A DNA stretch of 64,000 nucleotides from Antedon mediterranea (Eukaryota > Animalia > Echinodermata): contig NC_092672.1 in NCBI RefSeq assembly GCF_964355755.1, positions 6,448,001 through 6,512,000 of the forward strand, in the 5' to 3' direction. Positions 1-57,362 of this stretch are shown in pieces. Position numbers and translations under genes: made by a program. Below the pieces are notes generated by a model. That model was not told where the DNA came from. It was given only the letters and a program-made list of their open reading frames with translations, and ran no database searches. Position 1 is the stretch's first letter. Every line of letters begins with the position of its first letter.

Positions 1-45522
<45,522 letters not shown>

Positions 45523-46870
45523 TGTGACAGACACTTCGTCAAAAATCAAAAGGTAACACTTCCATTCCTCCCATCCACCACTTCTCTCTCTGTGTTAAAA
45601 ATACGAGTTGTAAATATGCGTATTCGACTGCAATCTTTTTGGTATAAGAAGGCTTTACCAGTCGAACACAGTACGTTAATAAGTTTTGTTTTCGTGTGTG
45701 GCGCCGCCGCTATTTTATTTTAAGTTTTAATAAAGTTAGTCTATTCCGTTAAAAAAGAAAAAATCAGGTTTTCTCGTATAAAATGAGAATGGATAATTAA
45801 TATATGACATTAAAATGGCATATTCAACAACAAAAAATGAAAAAAATTTTGTTCAGGTAAAAAATGCATCTTAAAAAATATTATGCACTAATAATACGAT
45901 ATTAATCGGTGATATGTCGAGATCAGTCCGAGATTGCAGCACCAGGTACCTTCAGATCTCTGAGGCTGACGCTCTTTCAACTGTGGTATTTCGGATAAAA
46001 TACAGAAAATCGAACCCGACTAGTGCAATCTGAAGGTCCCTTGTTCAGCATCATCAACGATTGAATGCATTTATATTTGTTTCAGTATAATATATTGTTT
46101 TTAATTTGCACTGTATTTTCGAACTGCCGAAATACCTGCTCTTGGATTTCTGTTCATAGGAGGCTTTTTATATACCACACGAATAGGTTTATTTTCATTA
46201 ATTAGGCCTACATTAATGTCAACAAGATATGACATCATCATGTGCATATATGAACACATCACATTTTTTTAAACATAAAGCTCTGTCTACACTATCAAAT
46301 TAGTTTAACAAAATAGGTGTGTAGTTAGTGTGCCCAAATATGGTATGTGATATGACATCATCGTATTCACATTTTTGATATAGGCCTAAAGTGTGATAGT
46401 GTATACAGCTTAACGTTTGATAGTCAGCGTAAGGTCTATTTCTTTAGATTTAAGTTGGTTTAAACATGGAGGAATGTTTCTCTGCTTTAAAAAAGGTAGC
46501 TCATGGATTTAAAAATTCTCATCATTTTAACAAATGTTGGTGACGTCACGATTGTCCTCGTAATACGCGCGCGTGTTGTAAAGTTGGGGTATCCTCCTAG
46601 TGACGCTTTAACGATCTCATTGGTTAACGCACGCGTCCTGCGTGCAAAATAGAACGTCGCAACCATTGTTACGTCACAATACATTCGAAAAAAATTAACG
46701 AAATCCAAGCTTTTTAAAGTCAGAATGATAAATTCTTCCAACTAGTGAACAGTGATTTCAAATTGCTCTTCGTTCAAACGAAAGAAAACTGCACTTACTT
46801 TTTAAATAAATTTTGAAATACGAAACATCGATTCTTATTTACATTTGCTATACTTATATCTCAAGTGAGT
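45523..46870. promoter_or_regulatory. Divergent promoter region between BLTP2 and the cyclin-like ORF
   Basis: Start codons face away from each other 1.35 kb apart. CpG-rich patches at ~45600-45710 (GGCGCCGCCGC) and 46535-46690, the latter with TGACGTCA at 46541, CGCGCGCG, ACGCGT and TTACGTCA. Confidence 0.6.
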
Positions 46871-47974
46871 ATGGCTAAGTATATATTTAAAAGAAGATTT
46901 TATGCTTCTTTAGAGGAGGCCAAAGATCTAGGCCAGGTGACGGTGAGATCAAACGATTTTCACGCCACCATGGGTGATGCTAGCATTCACCGAAAAGAAG
47001 GACGGAGGGCTAAAGCCAGGGGTTGTCCCTACGTCAGACGTAATGCTAAAGTAAGCAATAATATTTCTGAATTAAAAGAATTAGATAATCTTACTAAAGT
47101 AGAAAGTATTTCAAAAAATTCTGTCGATAACGAAAATCATTACAATAAGACTATTGAGCTTCTTTCTACTGATGAGAAAATGAAAAGAAAGACTGGCAGG
47201 GATGCGTCAGGCGATAATGACGTCATATCCACAGACTTGACTTCAAATTCTAAACTTCCAAATGAAAATTATGAACATGAATCCAATCATGATTATTTTA
47301 AGACATTACTCGATCGACAAAAAGTCTCTGAAAATCCATGGGCCCAGTTTGAATCGCATTCTGTTAAAGATAATATGGTAGAGTTTTTATGTTACATTCG
47401 ATCAGAGCTCATGCGGTATGGATACATAATCGATTACGATATAGTACATCGTAGCCTTACACTTGTAGAAAGTATATTGATGTGTGATCACACAGATGTT
47501 AGACTAGGTAATCTAGAAGAGTTGGCAATTGCATCATTTTGCCTTGCAATGAAATGTGCTGAACGATACCAATCAAAGAGTATCATACCTTATACTTGTC
47601 AGTGCCTTCAGGATATTGGCTATTTTGATTCTAAAATAATTTCACAAATAGAATTCAATATACTAAAGAGTTTAAACTTTAAGATTAATAATGTCACTTG
47701 TCTTGACTTTATACATGCTTACTGTGATATTGGTAGCAGTAACGCTAGCTCTGAAATTATCAAACAAAAGATAGAAACAGTGAGACAAGAATCTGTAAAA
47801 TATTTGATTACAAATAGAATATCTCACACATCGGTAAAACCATGCATAATAGCATTCTTGATAGTAGTTGACGAATGTGAGATACTTGGCATAAGTTGGG
47901 AATCACTTGTTGATGAGGTAAAATATAAGATACAAAAAGAAACGATTAATAAGATAATAAATAAGTTAAGGTAA
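46871..47974 (+). CDS. Divergent cyclin-fold protein, single long ORF
   Basis: Cyclin-box N helices are recognisable: DNMVEFL, IVHRSLTLVESIL, LEELAIASFCLAMKCAE (cf. LQLxgxxcLxIAsKxEE) and IEFNILKSLNFKINNVTCLDFI (cf. MExxILxxLxFxLxxPTxxxFL). A C-terminal KPCIIA motif follows, and the N-terminus is long and low-complexity. AATAAA at ~48029. Confidence 0.8.
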   Translation: MAKYIFKRRFYASLEEAKDLGQVTVRSNDFHATMGDASIHRKEGRRAKARGCPYVRRNAKVSNNISELKELDNLTKVESISKNSVDNENHYNKTIELLSTDEKMKRKTGRDASGDNDVISTDLTSNSKLPNENYEHESNHDYFKTLLDRQKVSENPWAQFESHSVKDNMVEFLCYIRSELMRYGYIIDYDIVHRSLTLVESILMCDHTDVRLGNLEELAIASFCLAMKCAERYQSKSIIPYTCQCLQDIGYFDSKIISQIEFNILKSLNFKINNVTCLDFIHAYCDIGSSNASSEIIKQKIETVRQESVKYLITNRISHTSVKPCIIAFLIVVDECEILGISWESLVDEVKYKIQKETINKIINKLR

Positions 47975-48560
47975 TTATAATAATACATATAATAAGATTC
48001 ATAAGTTAAGATACAATAAGTTAAATTGGAATAAACTAAAATAAGATTAAGCTGTAAGAAAAGATAAAATAAGTACGTTACGATTCAATAAGTTAAATTG
48101 GAATAAGATAAGATACAATAAGATAAGATTCAATAAAGGTATAGCTGTAAGAATAAATGCAACAAAAAAAGTGATAAGTAAGTTAAAGATGCAATTATTA
48201 AGATAAGATACAAAACAAAAAAACAAAACAAAAAATTAAAAATAAAAACATTTGAAGTTAAGATTAGATGCAATAAAAGAAGATTACGATACAATAAGAT
48301 AAGATGATAGACTGAGATAACCACAGTATAAGATTAGATGCAATAAAAGAAGATTACGATACAATAAGATAAGATGATAGACTGAGATAACCACAGTATA
48401 AGATTAGATGCAATGCTAAAGAAGGTAGGCCTACAACAGATCGAATACCATTAGAATAATATACAATTAGATATAACAATCGATAAAATAAGATGTACAT
48501 ACAAAAAGATGGTATCAATAAGAACCAATAAAGTAAGATAGGTCTAATATATAATAACGA
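47975..48560. repeat. Degenerate (AAGAT)-rich tract containing a perfect 70-bp tandem repeat (2.2 copies)
   Basis: agattagatgcaat recurs at 48261, 48331 and 48401. Confidence 0.85.
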
Positions 48561-49439
48561 TATATACTAGGCCTATAAGAAGGATACTTTAATAATATCA
48601 TACTGTTACTTTTAATAATACTAGGTGGTATACATAAACCAAACTTAACCAACACAGAAGACTAAATAAAAACAGTTTTATCTAAATGATAATTTAATGC
48701 TCAGAAAATTGACTCGCAAAATATTAAAAAAAATACAGTCGGTCAAAATCAAGAGAAAATTTATTACAAAAATAGATAAATGCAAATAAATTATGATAGG
48801 TTTATTATATTAATAATAATAATAATCATTTTATACTATCCTCAGTTTTGTCTGTATGTTTAGAGATAAAATAATAATAATTATTATAATTTAGATTTCT
48901 TTTTCTTCAATGAAAGTTTTTCAATAAAACTAATTAAACTAATTCACATTAGGCCTATAACCTAAAATTACAATCTAAAAAATGAGTAAACAATACTTCT
49001 TCCCATGTTTTAAAATTTTTGATTCGGCCATAGGGAAGAAAACAAATTTCCCAGTCTGAAGTCGGAGATGCTACCTCATCGTGGTAGACTGGTGTCAACA
49101 TCATAGGTGAAATATTTAACCCACCGATGATGGCTAACAGCATCACGCATTATAACTCAATTATTAATACTTGATTAAAATGTCATTAGGCCTAAAAAAG
49201 CAAAATCAAACAGTTATTCACGGGTTTTAGGCCTAGTGATAAGATTTTGATTTTCGTGATGAGTGGTGTCTATTATGAAATTACATGGATTCAGAATGGT
49301 AGATCATTGACCGCTGATGTATTTTTAGATGTGGCAATAAAATCATTCCGAAATATTGAATTAATAATAATCATTATTGACAGAATAAAATAAAACGCAA
49401 AAATCACCCAGATTACCACCACCACCACCTGTTTGATCA

Positions 49440-49615
49440 TGTATTGCGCCCTCTCTAATTTACAAAACGAGCTGAAAGAGATAAGCTTTGAAGAAGAGAG
49501 ACGGACACGGTGGAAGTACGGTGAATTCCAATCTCAGTTTTAGGCTTTGGGGACTAATAAATGCAACCTGTTTCATTCAATTTTAGTTTTTTGGGAAATA
49601 GAAAGAATAAAGCAG
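49440..49615 (+). promoter_or_regulatory. Probable promoter and non-coding first exon of the 56940 gene
   Basis: Local CpG enrichment, a GCGCCCTCT element at ~49446 and a strong donor GCAG|gtgagg at 49615. The linkage to the 56843 acceptor is inferred. Confidence 0.5.
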
Positions 49616-51328
49616 GTGAGGTGAATATTCTTAGATGTGTATTTTTATTGTGAAAGTATTGTGTAGGCCATTATTTTTTAGGATACACGTCGTAGTGGTG
49701 GTGAGCAACCACACAGGACACAGCTATCAACAGGAACCATCCAGGGACCCGACACCCCAACCCTTCGTTATATAGGCTGTTTATTGACTTTGTATACAAT
49801 ACAGTTCTACACTAAGTAAGTACTAGGCCTAGGCCTACTACCCCATGCGTCTGGTTATTGCTTATTATTGACCCACTAGTCCCACATTTATTGACTTGAT
49901 ATATAGGCCTAGCCTATTGTTATAAATTTAAAAGAATAACAATTTTTTTTCAGATAATTTTAAAAAAGTCATTTATTAATATCAAAATTTCCTTTATTTC
50001 AGCTGAGATTCTATTAAATTAGTATTTATTACACCAAAAGGAGTACATTATCTGTTATGTTATTTTATGATGTAATTGGTGATTAAGGTCCTGAGGTAGT
50101 GAAGGGTATTCTACGTTACCATCCATTACGTAGGATTGTAGTAACCTAGGCCTAGCTAGTTAAAATAAATATCTGCATTGACTCTATTGCCGAAAACAAA
50201 AAAATCCGCAGAAAAGTGTACTCTAGGCCTAGGCCTGTCGTGGTTCAATGTTGTAGTAGTACATTTGGATTAAGTATTGAAATTGCTGTTCCGTTATTTT
50301 GTATGGTCATTTGATATTTTTAGACATATATCCAATAATCTTTGACATCAAACGTATTAATTTTATTTTACATTACAGTATATTATAAATTCTATAGTCT
50401 GGTCTGTTATTTCAACTTAAATTGTCACCTTTGACCCATACACAGCCCGTGTTTGTACAATACCAAAGTTGTTAACATTGTTCATATTGACACCAGCTAT
50501 AGATACCGTTTATTCTATGGTACGCCCAATTAAATACCAAATCCATTGTCAATGCATGCATGTCCTTTACAAAATGGCAATCCCTTTTTTAACTAAACAA
50601 TTTTTTTGTGCAAGTTGAGTAGCAGAGCTGGAATGACATTTTTTGTACACTAAACATTTCAAAAAAGTTACGGTTATTAATAAAACTCCAATATTAAACA
50701 TGTATTGTACTCCCAAAAGTATGATTAATAAAAAGACTTTGAATAGGCCATTTTGCTGTTAGTGATAATCACTTCTGTAGAAAAAAACTAAAAAAACTTA
50801 TTATAAAAAGACAAAATAAACGATTAAATGCAACCAAAAACCAACTGTCTTCCAGTCAACATGACTAATTTTTGCATTAAATTACATTTTTTTCAGGTGA
50901 ATAATTTCTTTTGATTCAAATTTTGGTGAAATTGAATAACTACTAGTACTATGTGACATTAAAATGGCATATTCAAGTTAAAAAAATTTTTTTTTTAAAT
51001 ATTTCTTTCAGGGGGACAATATGCTATTTAAAGGATTCTTTAAACTGAAATTTTCTACACGTTATCAAATGCCAGGCTTATAATATTAATATACAGAGAC
51101 TCAGCACAGAGGATTATTTACTCCATGGTATGACAGCTCAAATCAGTTGGAACTAGGCAATTTTGGGCAGAAAAATCAAATATCAATTCACACCTGTTGT
51201 CAATAGTGTACTGTTTATAATTTGGTTCTCTTTATTTAAAGTAAACTTCACCTCTAGGTAACCCTGATAGCAATGATTTATAATTTATATTAGAATTGTG
51301 ACGGTAGTGTTTCCAATAAACACACTAA

Positions 51329-51674
51329 GGGTATGTTCAGATCCATGGAGTTATGCTTTCATATCGCAAGCAATGCCATATTATTAGCGTCGGTCGTAAC
51401 AGACTCGCTTAACTAACGCTTTCGTTAGGAACTGAAGCGTCATCGATTTAGGCGAACATCTGGTATGCAGGAGTAAATTTGATTGGTTGGAGGTCAAAAT
51501 GCATGACTTTTGTATTGTAAGCGTCGTTCACTAATCTTGTACCCTGAGCTGTCGTAATAAACAAAAGATCAGTGTCGTAAGAGGTGGCTTCCACTAATCT
51601 TTTCCTGATTCAGACCTACAGTATAGAGTTGTACACCGCGTATGATATGAAAATCTGTAGGTCTGAACAGGCCC
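51329..51674. mobile_element. Harbinger-type MITE (~345 bp)
   Basis: Imperfect TIR GGGTATGTTCAGATC / GGTCTGAACAGGCCC with TAA and TTA flanks; CpG-rich interior. Confidence 0.65.
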
Positions 51675-52726
51675 TTACTCAGTGCATATCTCTTGAACTT
51701 GACCCTACTTTCAAATTGCTGCTTGTGTCAACACCATTCAATATTTTATTTGATGATGATATCAGATACAAAAAGTTACCTCTTATCAAAATTCTACCAA
51801 CAACCCTACTGTAGGCCTATTTTAATGCGATATTTGCCTTGTACAAACAGGGCCAGGTCCAATTATTGTCAACAGCAGGTCAAAGTTATTGCATAGTTAC
51901 TGTGTTGCTTGTAGCTTAAAAGTGACACAGGAAGAATGTGTTATTTAAAGAATAATATAAAAATACAATGAATGGGTTAAAAGTCCGGTTATAAAATTCA
52001 AAATGTTTGATAGCCCTATGTTTCAAGGGAATCAATTTTCTGAGTAAAAAATAAATATCTTATCAAAACTCTTTTGTGCTTCGTTTCTGAAATTCTAAAG
52101 TTTGCTATATATAGAAATTAAACAATGTTATCAAAGTTCCTGGGTTTATTCAAGGTTTTTGGCTCTAATTTAAAGTCCTTTTAAGGATTTATAACACCAC
52201 TACCGCACTATCAGCTATCGTGTTGAATCACTGTACTTTTGGGAACCTTGCATTAGCTCATTGTTCCTGTTTAGTGTGGTAAAGTATTACGTATTGTATT
52301 GTTCTATCAGCGCTTTGTGTTGACATTGTTTAGACTGGCGTATTGCACTAGGCAGCTGTTGGGTATTCTAATATTGAATTTGTACATTTTTCTCTTCTTG
52401 AAAGTAGGACTTATAATAGCTTAATTTCATAAAAGGTAATGGTTACCGTTTGTTTGTCTGTAGAATCAACAGTTGGTTGGTATACATAGCACTGACACAC
52501 AATCAATTTGTGAGATTCTAAAATTATAATCAATACAGTATACGTATATTGCTGTACCTGATAAACTGTATAGGTGTATAAGTGATGGTCTGCACAGACT
52601 AAAGGTTGGTTTACACTAGGAAAGAACGCAGGGACGTATTTGCAAGTAATTTTATCATTTATGAAAGTTGGGACTATTATTTCGCTTGTTGTTGTCAATA
52701 AGTGTATTTTGTGGGTACATGTACAG

Positions 52727-53034
52727 TATTATATAACACCTATATAAATTCCTGTCATTTGATTGGACGAATGTGGGTCACATGGCGTGCAATAGTACGC
52801 ACTATTCAAGGATCGTTAAATAGTACTTTTTGAAACATTTTTGTTTGTTATTTAGATGTTATATAAAACAAATAATGAATGTTTTGTATTCGTGTAATGG
52901 TACAAATAATGGCACTTGGTGAATGATGAAAGGTTATATCAACTCAGCTTTGCCTCGTTGATATAACCTTTCATCATTCACCTCGTGCCATTATTTGTAC
53001 CATTGCACTCATAAACATTCATTATTTGTATAAT
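52727..53034. mobile_element. Fold-back repeat with TATTATA...TATAATA ends and a long internal hairpin
   Basis: Arms of about 75 nt at 52868-52942 and 52956-53029 are nearly perfectly complementary around a 13-nt loop. Confidence 0.7.
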
Positions 53035-53280
53035 AGTACATGCCTGCTCATTTTGTGTAGGTGGTGTTTTATGTTTACCCTTATGACCTTTTTACTAATT
53101 TTAATTTCATGCTAGATCAATTTTTACAGTCTATGATAGTGGGAGGGACTGGCCTCTTGTTCCACACTGTTTTGTGTCTAGGCCTATAGTGCTTTTGTTA
53201 AGTAAAATATACTCATATTTCAAATTCCGGTGTTTAATTGATCACACAAAAAAAATACAGTTTAACCACAAATAGACTAA

Positions 53281-54112
53281 GGCCCTGTTTCTGCTGCTAA
53301 GAAAATACCGTATTTTATATGGTATTTTTTGAATACCGTCTATATACCGTATTTTTTTGGCAGCAGAAACTGTGCTCATAAAAAAAATACCGTATTTTGT
53401 ACACCGTATTTTTCCCACAAAATTTGTGGATAAAATACGGTATTTACAAACTTATACCGCATTTTTTGTACCCTTTTCTGCTGCCAATAAAAAATACCAT
53501 ATTTTTTTTTACCTGTGACATGAGGTCAACATCGTGTTTTTATTTTCTGTCGCTGTCAGCTGTTTTACACACGTGTATAGATATTCGGCGAAAATGTGGA
53601 GCGGAGACGTCACAGTATTTACTGTACTATATAAATCTGTGTGGGGAAGGAGGGGGTGGGGAAGCTAAAATGTCCGGCCAACTAAATGGTAATAAAAGGG
53701 ACAACCACATTTATAAAGACATTTCTAAAAAAATAAAGCAGCAGGAGTACGGAATAGACCAAAGCAAGTAAATTCAAAGCTAAAGAGCCTGCGAAGCAGT
53801 ACAACATTGCAAAAGACAATAACTCGGGGAGGGAACGAATTACTTGTCCCCATTACAATGTTTTCTGTGCTCTCACAACATCTCTATCACTAGGGCTAGG
53901 CAGTTGAAAAACTAAAACTTCCTTTATTGTGACTTTTAATTATCGACCAAATAAATGAATGGCAATTTGGGTAAAATGGATGAAATTTAACACGACCACC
54001 CAAGAAGTAGTGTTAGCAGAAACGGGGTACTAAAAAATACGGTATAAAAAATACCGTATTTTATACCGTATTTTTATACCATATTTTGAGCAGTTGCAGC
54101 AGAAACAGGCCC
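53281..54112. mobile_element. Non-autonomous Harbinger-type element (~830 bp)
   Basis: TIRs GGCCCTGTTTCTGCTGC / GCAGCAGAAACAGGCCC, TAA on both sides, and many subterminal ATACCGTATTT motifs at both ends. Confidence 0.85.
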
Positions 54113-55078
54113 TAATAAATATTGTGTTACATTTTCTAAGTGTGGATAGATTTGCCTATTGCTTGCTCCTGGCAGGATTGTGCTTGATAACATGCTGAAT
54201 AAATATTATTAAAATATTATTATTTTTTATTAACAGTGCTGGCACTCTATGAGTGAACCACTATGAAATACTGTACTTACCTCACTGTGATTTCATAGCA
54301 GGTCACTCATTAAGAGTGTCAATAAGGAAAATTATTATTTTATATCAGGGCTCAAAATTTACATTAGCAAATAAAATACAGTCACGTGTCACTGTCAATT
54401 ACTAGTTGAATATTACAAAAGTAGACAGAAACAATGACAAGCTATAAAGCTGAGCTCTAACTAAAATATCACCTTTAACAATTGGAATAAATTAAAGCAA
54501 CGTATCCATTCTATTAGAGTAATATAATACGAGATATCTCAATTTGACATACATGTAATACCCTTGAGTACATGTCCAGGTCCAGGCAGGATGCTATAGA
54601 GGAAAAATAGGAAATTCTATGCTACATCCTGATCACAGCGTTGTACAACTGTGCGCCAATTTAAACTATGTTTGCCCCGTAGCGTAGCGTTACACCATCT
54701 GGTGTGGTTTACTAATTGCTCGCAATTAATATCTTGTTTGTTTAATGTTTCATTCTTTTCAGTAACATGTTCTCTTGTATAATGATTGATTTTCTATTAG
54801 ATTACATTGAAAAACAGTGGTTTTACTATTATTTTAGTATCGAGTATAAAAATTGTGCCTAATTAGTATCCATATTATAAGGTCACTCACTAGCTTGCAT
54901 GGAATGTTATCTGTGTGTGTGTTTAATTATAATGTTTAAATTAGCAATCAATGTGGTCTCAGTTTGGCTATTTAAAGCATTGATTTTTTACAATCTTCAT
55001 GTATATAGTGACATTTTCAGTTTCGTATACATATTGAATTGTATTATCATTTGACACTTTGAAGATGACTTTGAGATC

Positions 55079-55244
55079 AGTTAGTAGGTTACAATCCACT
55101 GGACAGAGTTAGTAGGTTACAATCCACTGGACAGAGTTAGTAGGTTACAATCCACTGGACAGAGTTAGTAGGTTACAATCCACTGGACAGAGTTAGTAGG
55201 TTACAATCCACTGGACAGAGTTAGTAGGTTACAATCCACTGGAC
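55079..55244. repeat. Perfect 28-bp tandem repeat, about 6 copies
   Basis: Unit ttagtaggttacaatccactggacagag with no spacers. Confidence 0.97.
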
Positions 55245-55671
55245 GCAGTACTTTATAGAAAAGCCACTATATCATTATCATAGTAACTAACAAAGCTATT
55301 GTGTTACAGTCTACTGTACCTACTAGGATTGTTAAAATTGATTATTATTATAATATTATGCAGCTCAATTGTTAACCACACCCACACCAGTGCATTGACA
55401 TGCTTCAGAAATCAATACCTGTGAGTATAGTAGCAGTAGAGTTTTGTTGTAGAGAGTGGGCCCAAAAGGAGTGGTTATGCCTCGCCTTTTAGACTGGCAA
55501 GACTAAAATAATTGACATTGCATAAGAAACTAAAAAACGCAGCTGGAGCTATTGTTTGAAGAATAACAAAAAGTCCAATAACCAAGGAACACCTAATGTA
55601 CTGTAAAATACTGTACATTATATAGTTTTATAGTGAAAATGGGCCTATAATGCACTGAAAACAGACATGGG

Positions 55672-55862
55672 GGTACCTACATGGTAGGAGGTACATGGTA
55701 GGAGGTACCTATGGTAGGAGGTACCTATATGGTAGAAGGTATAGTAGGAGGTACCTACATGGTAAGAGGTACCTACATGGTAGGCGTTACCCCCATGGTA
55801 GAAGGTACCCTCATGGTAGAAGGTACCCCCATGGTAGAAGGTACCCCCATGGTAGGAGGTAG
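55672..55862. repeat. Degenerate 14-19-bp tandem repeat
   Basis: Variants of ggtacctacatggtagga and ggtacccccatggtagaa. Confidence 0.9.
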
Positions 55863-56122
55863 TCTGTATAAATAATCTACAATCTGTAGTTCAAGGTGAA
55901 GTATTGATATTCGCTAATGAACTCTAAAATCAAGTATACTGGAGTGTAATTAATGTGCTTGTAACCATATATTGCATTGTTGTTTTTCATTCATATCATT
56001 CTATCAACCTTGTTTTAATGAATGGTGTTTAAATAAACGACTATGCATAGCTTGTGTTGCAATACAATGTGTCAGAAATGTTGAAATTATTAAAATATCT
56101 TGAGTCCACATTCAAAGTGTAA

Positions 56123-56288
56123 AGCTCTGTCTACAACTATCAAACTAGTTTGACAAAAACAGTGTGATGAGCCCAAATATGGCAGTGATATGCTTAAATA
56201 TGGTAGTGATATGACATCATCATGTCCATATATATCTAGGCACATTACATTTTTTTGTCACATAAAATTTGATAGTGTAGACAGAGCT
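56123..56288. mobile_element. MITE family A copy
   Basis: Full TIR pair flanked by TAA and TTA. Confidence 0.85.
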
Positions 56289-56939
56289 TTAGAATATACA
56301 TAAAATAATACATTCTGAGTGTAAAAAAGTTGGCGTATACAGAGGTTGTGTTGCATTGGGCTTAAGACTTTTATTCTGATCTACAGTACCCTTCCTAAAG
56401 TTTAAGAATTGAATTTTTTTAGGCTGGGCTAGAACAATAATTAGGAATCTAGACATACTATGTATTTTGATGGATGTTATTGTAATTTAGTAATAAAAAT
56501 GTAATCTTGGCTGTACTAGTTTTTTCATCCACAAAATTCAGTTTTTCCCTACAGCTCTGTCTACAAACTAGTTTGACAAAAGTGCTCAATTATAGTGGTA
56601 ATATACCCAAATATGGTAGTGATATGACATATTATGTCCACATTTGTTTTGTCACATACTACTGTATACAGTAAAGTGTGATAGTGTATACAGAGCTTTA
56701 AATGTAAGCTTCAGTTCAGTTTCATGACAATTTTATTCTAAACAAATTATACAAATAAAAAAAAGAAATTGGGAAATTGAATGGGATACAAACTTGTATT
56801 AATTAATGTATACTCTATTAACTTCAAACATTTTTTTTGACAGGAGAGTATCTGAATGACGTTTACCTGATATGGTTTTGAGTTACTTCAACAATTGAAG
56901 AATAAATCGGAATTATAGACTGAACTGAACTGAAGAATT

Positions 56940-57362
56940 ATGAGTGATACTGAGATTGAGAGGATGGAGGAAACTCCAAAACAAGAAGAAGCAGAAGATG
57001 ACAAGGCAACCGAGAGTAGCGAGAACAAAACGGATGATGAGTGGGAACTATTGGATGCAGAAGATAATGATACATCAGTGAAAGAACCGAAAACTGATGA
57101 GAATGTCGATTCATCGATGGTTGTTGATATCTCAGTGACCGATGAAGATTCAGAAAAAAACAGGGAAACAATAGAAGTTATTAAGGATGCTGATGCCGAC
57201 TCACCGTCTCAATCAAATCTTGATAATAATGCAAAAAGTGAGCCAGTGGTTGACGATACGGCCGAGAAACAATCGGATGACCAAGCAAAAGAACCGGAGG
57301 CAGGCAATAAACCGGTGGCGATTAAGATCAGCGACGTTAAAAGCAGTGATGTAACATTAAAG
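56940..57362 (+). CDS. First coding exon of an unidentified gene; acidic, disordered N-terminus (141 aa)
   Basis: Acceptor ttttttttgacag at ~56843, ATG at 56940, D/E/K-rich open frame and strong donor AAG|gtgagt at 57362 (phase 0). No downstream exon could be confidently identified in the window. Confidence 0.8.

Noticed and set aside
53397-53771. 124-aa ORF inside the 830-bp Harbinger-type element
   Set aside because: No DDE transposase or Myb/SANT motifs are visible, and it is largely subterminal repeats.
55079-55244. 28-bp direct repeats of CRISPR-like length
   Set aside because: The repeats are head-to-tail with no spacers, there are no cas genes, and the context is eukaryotic.
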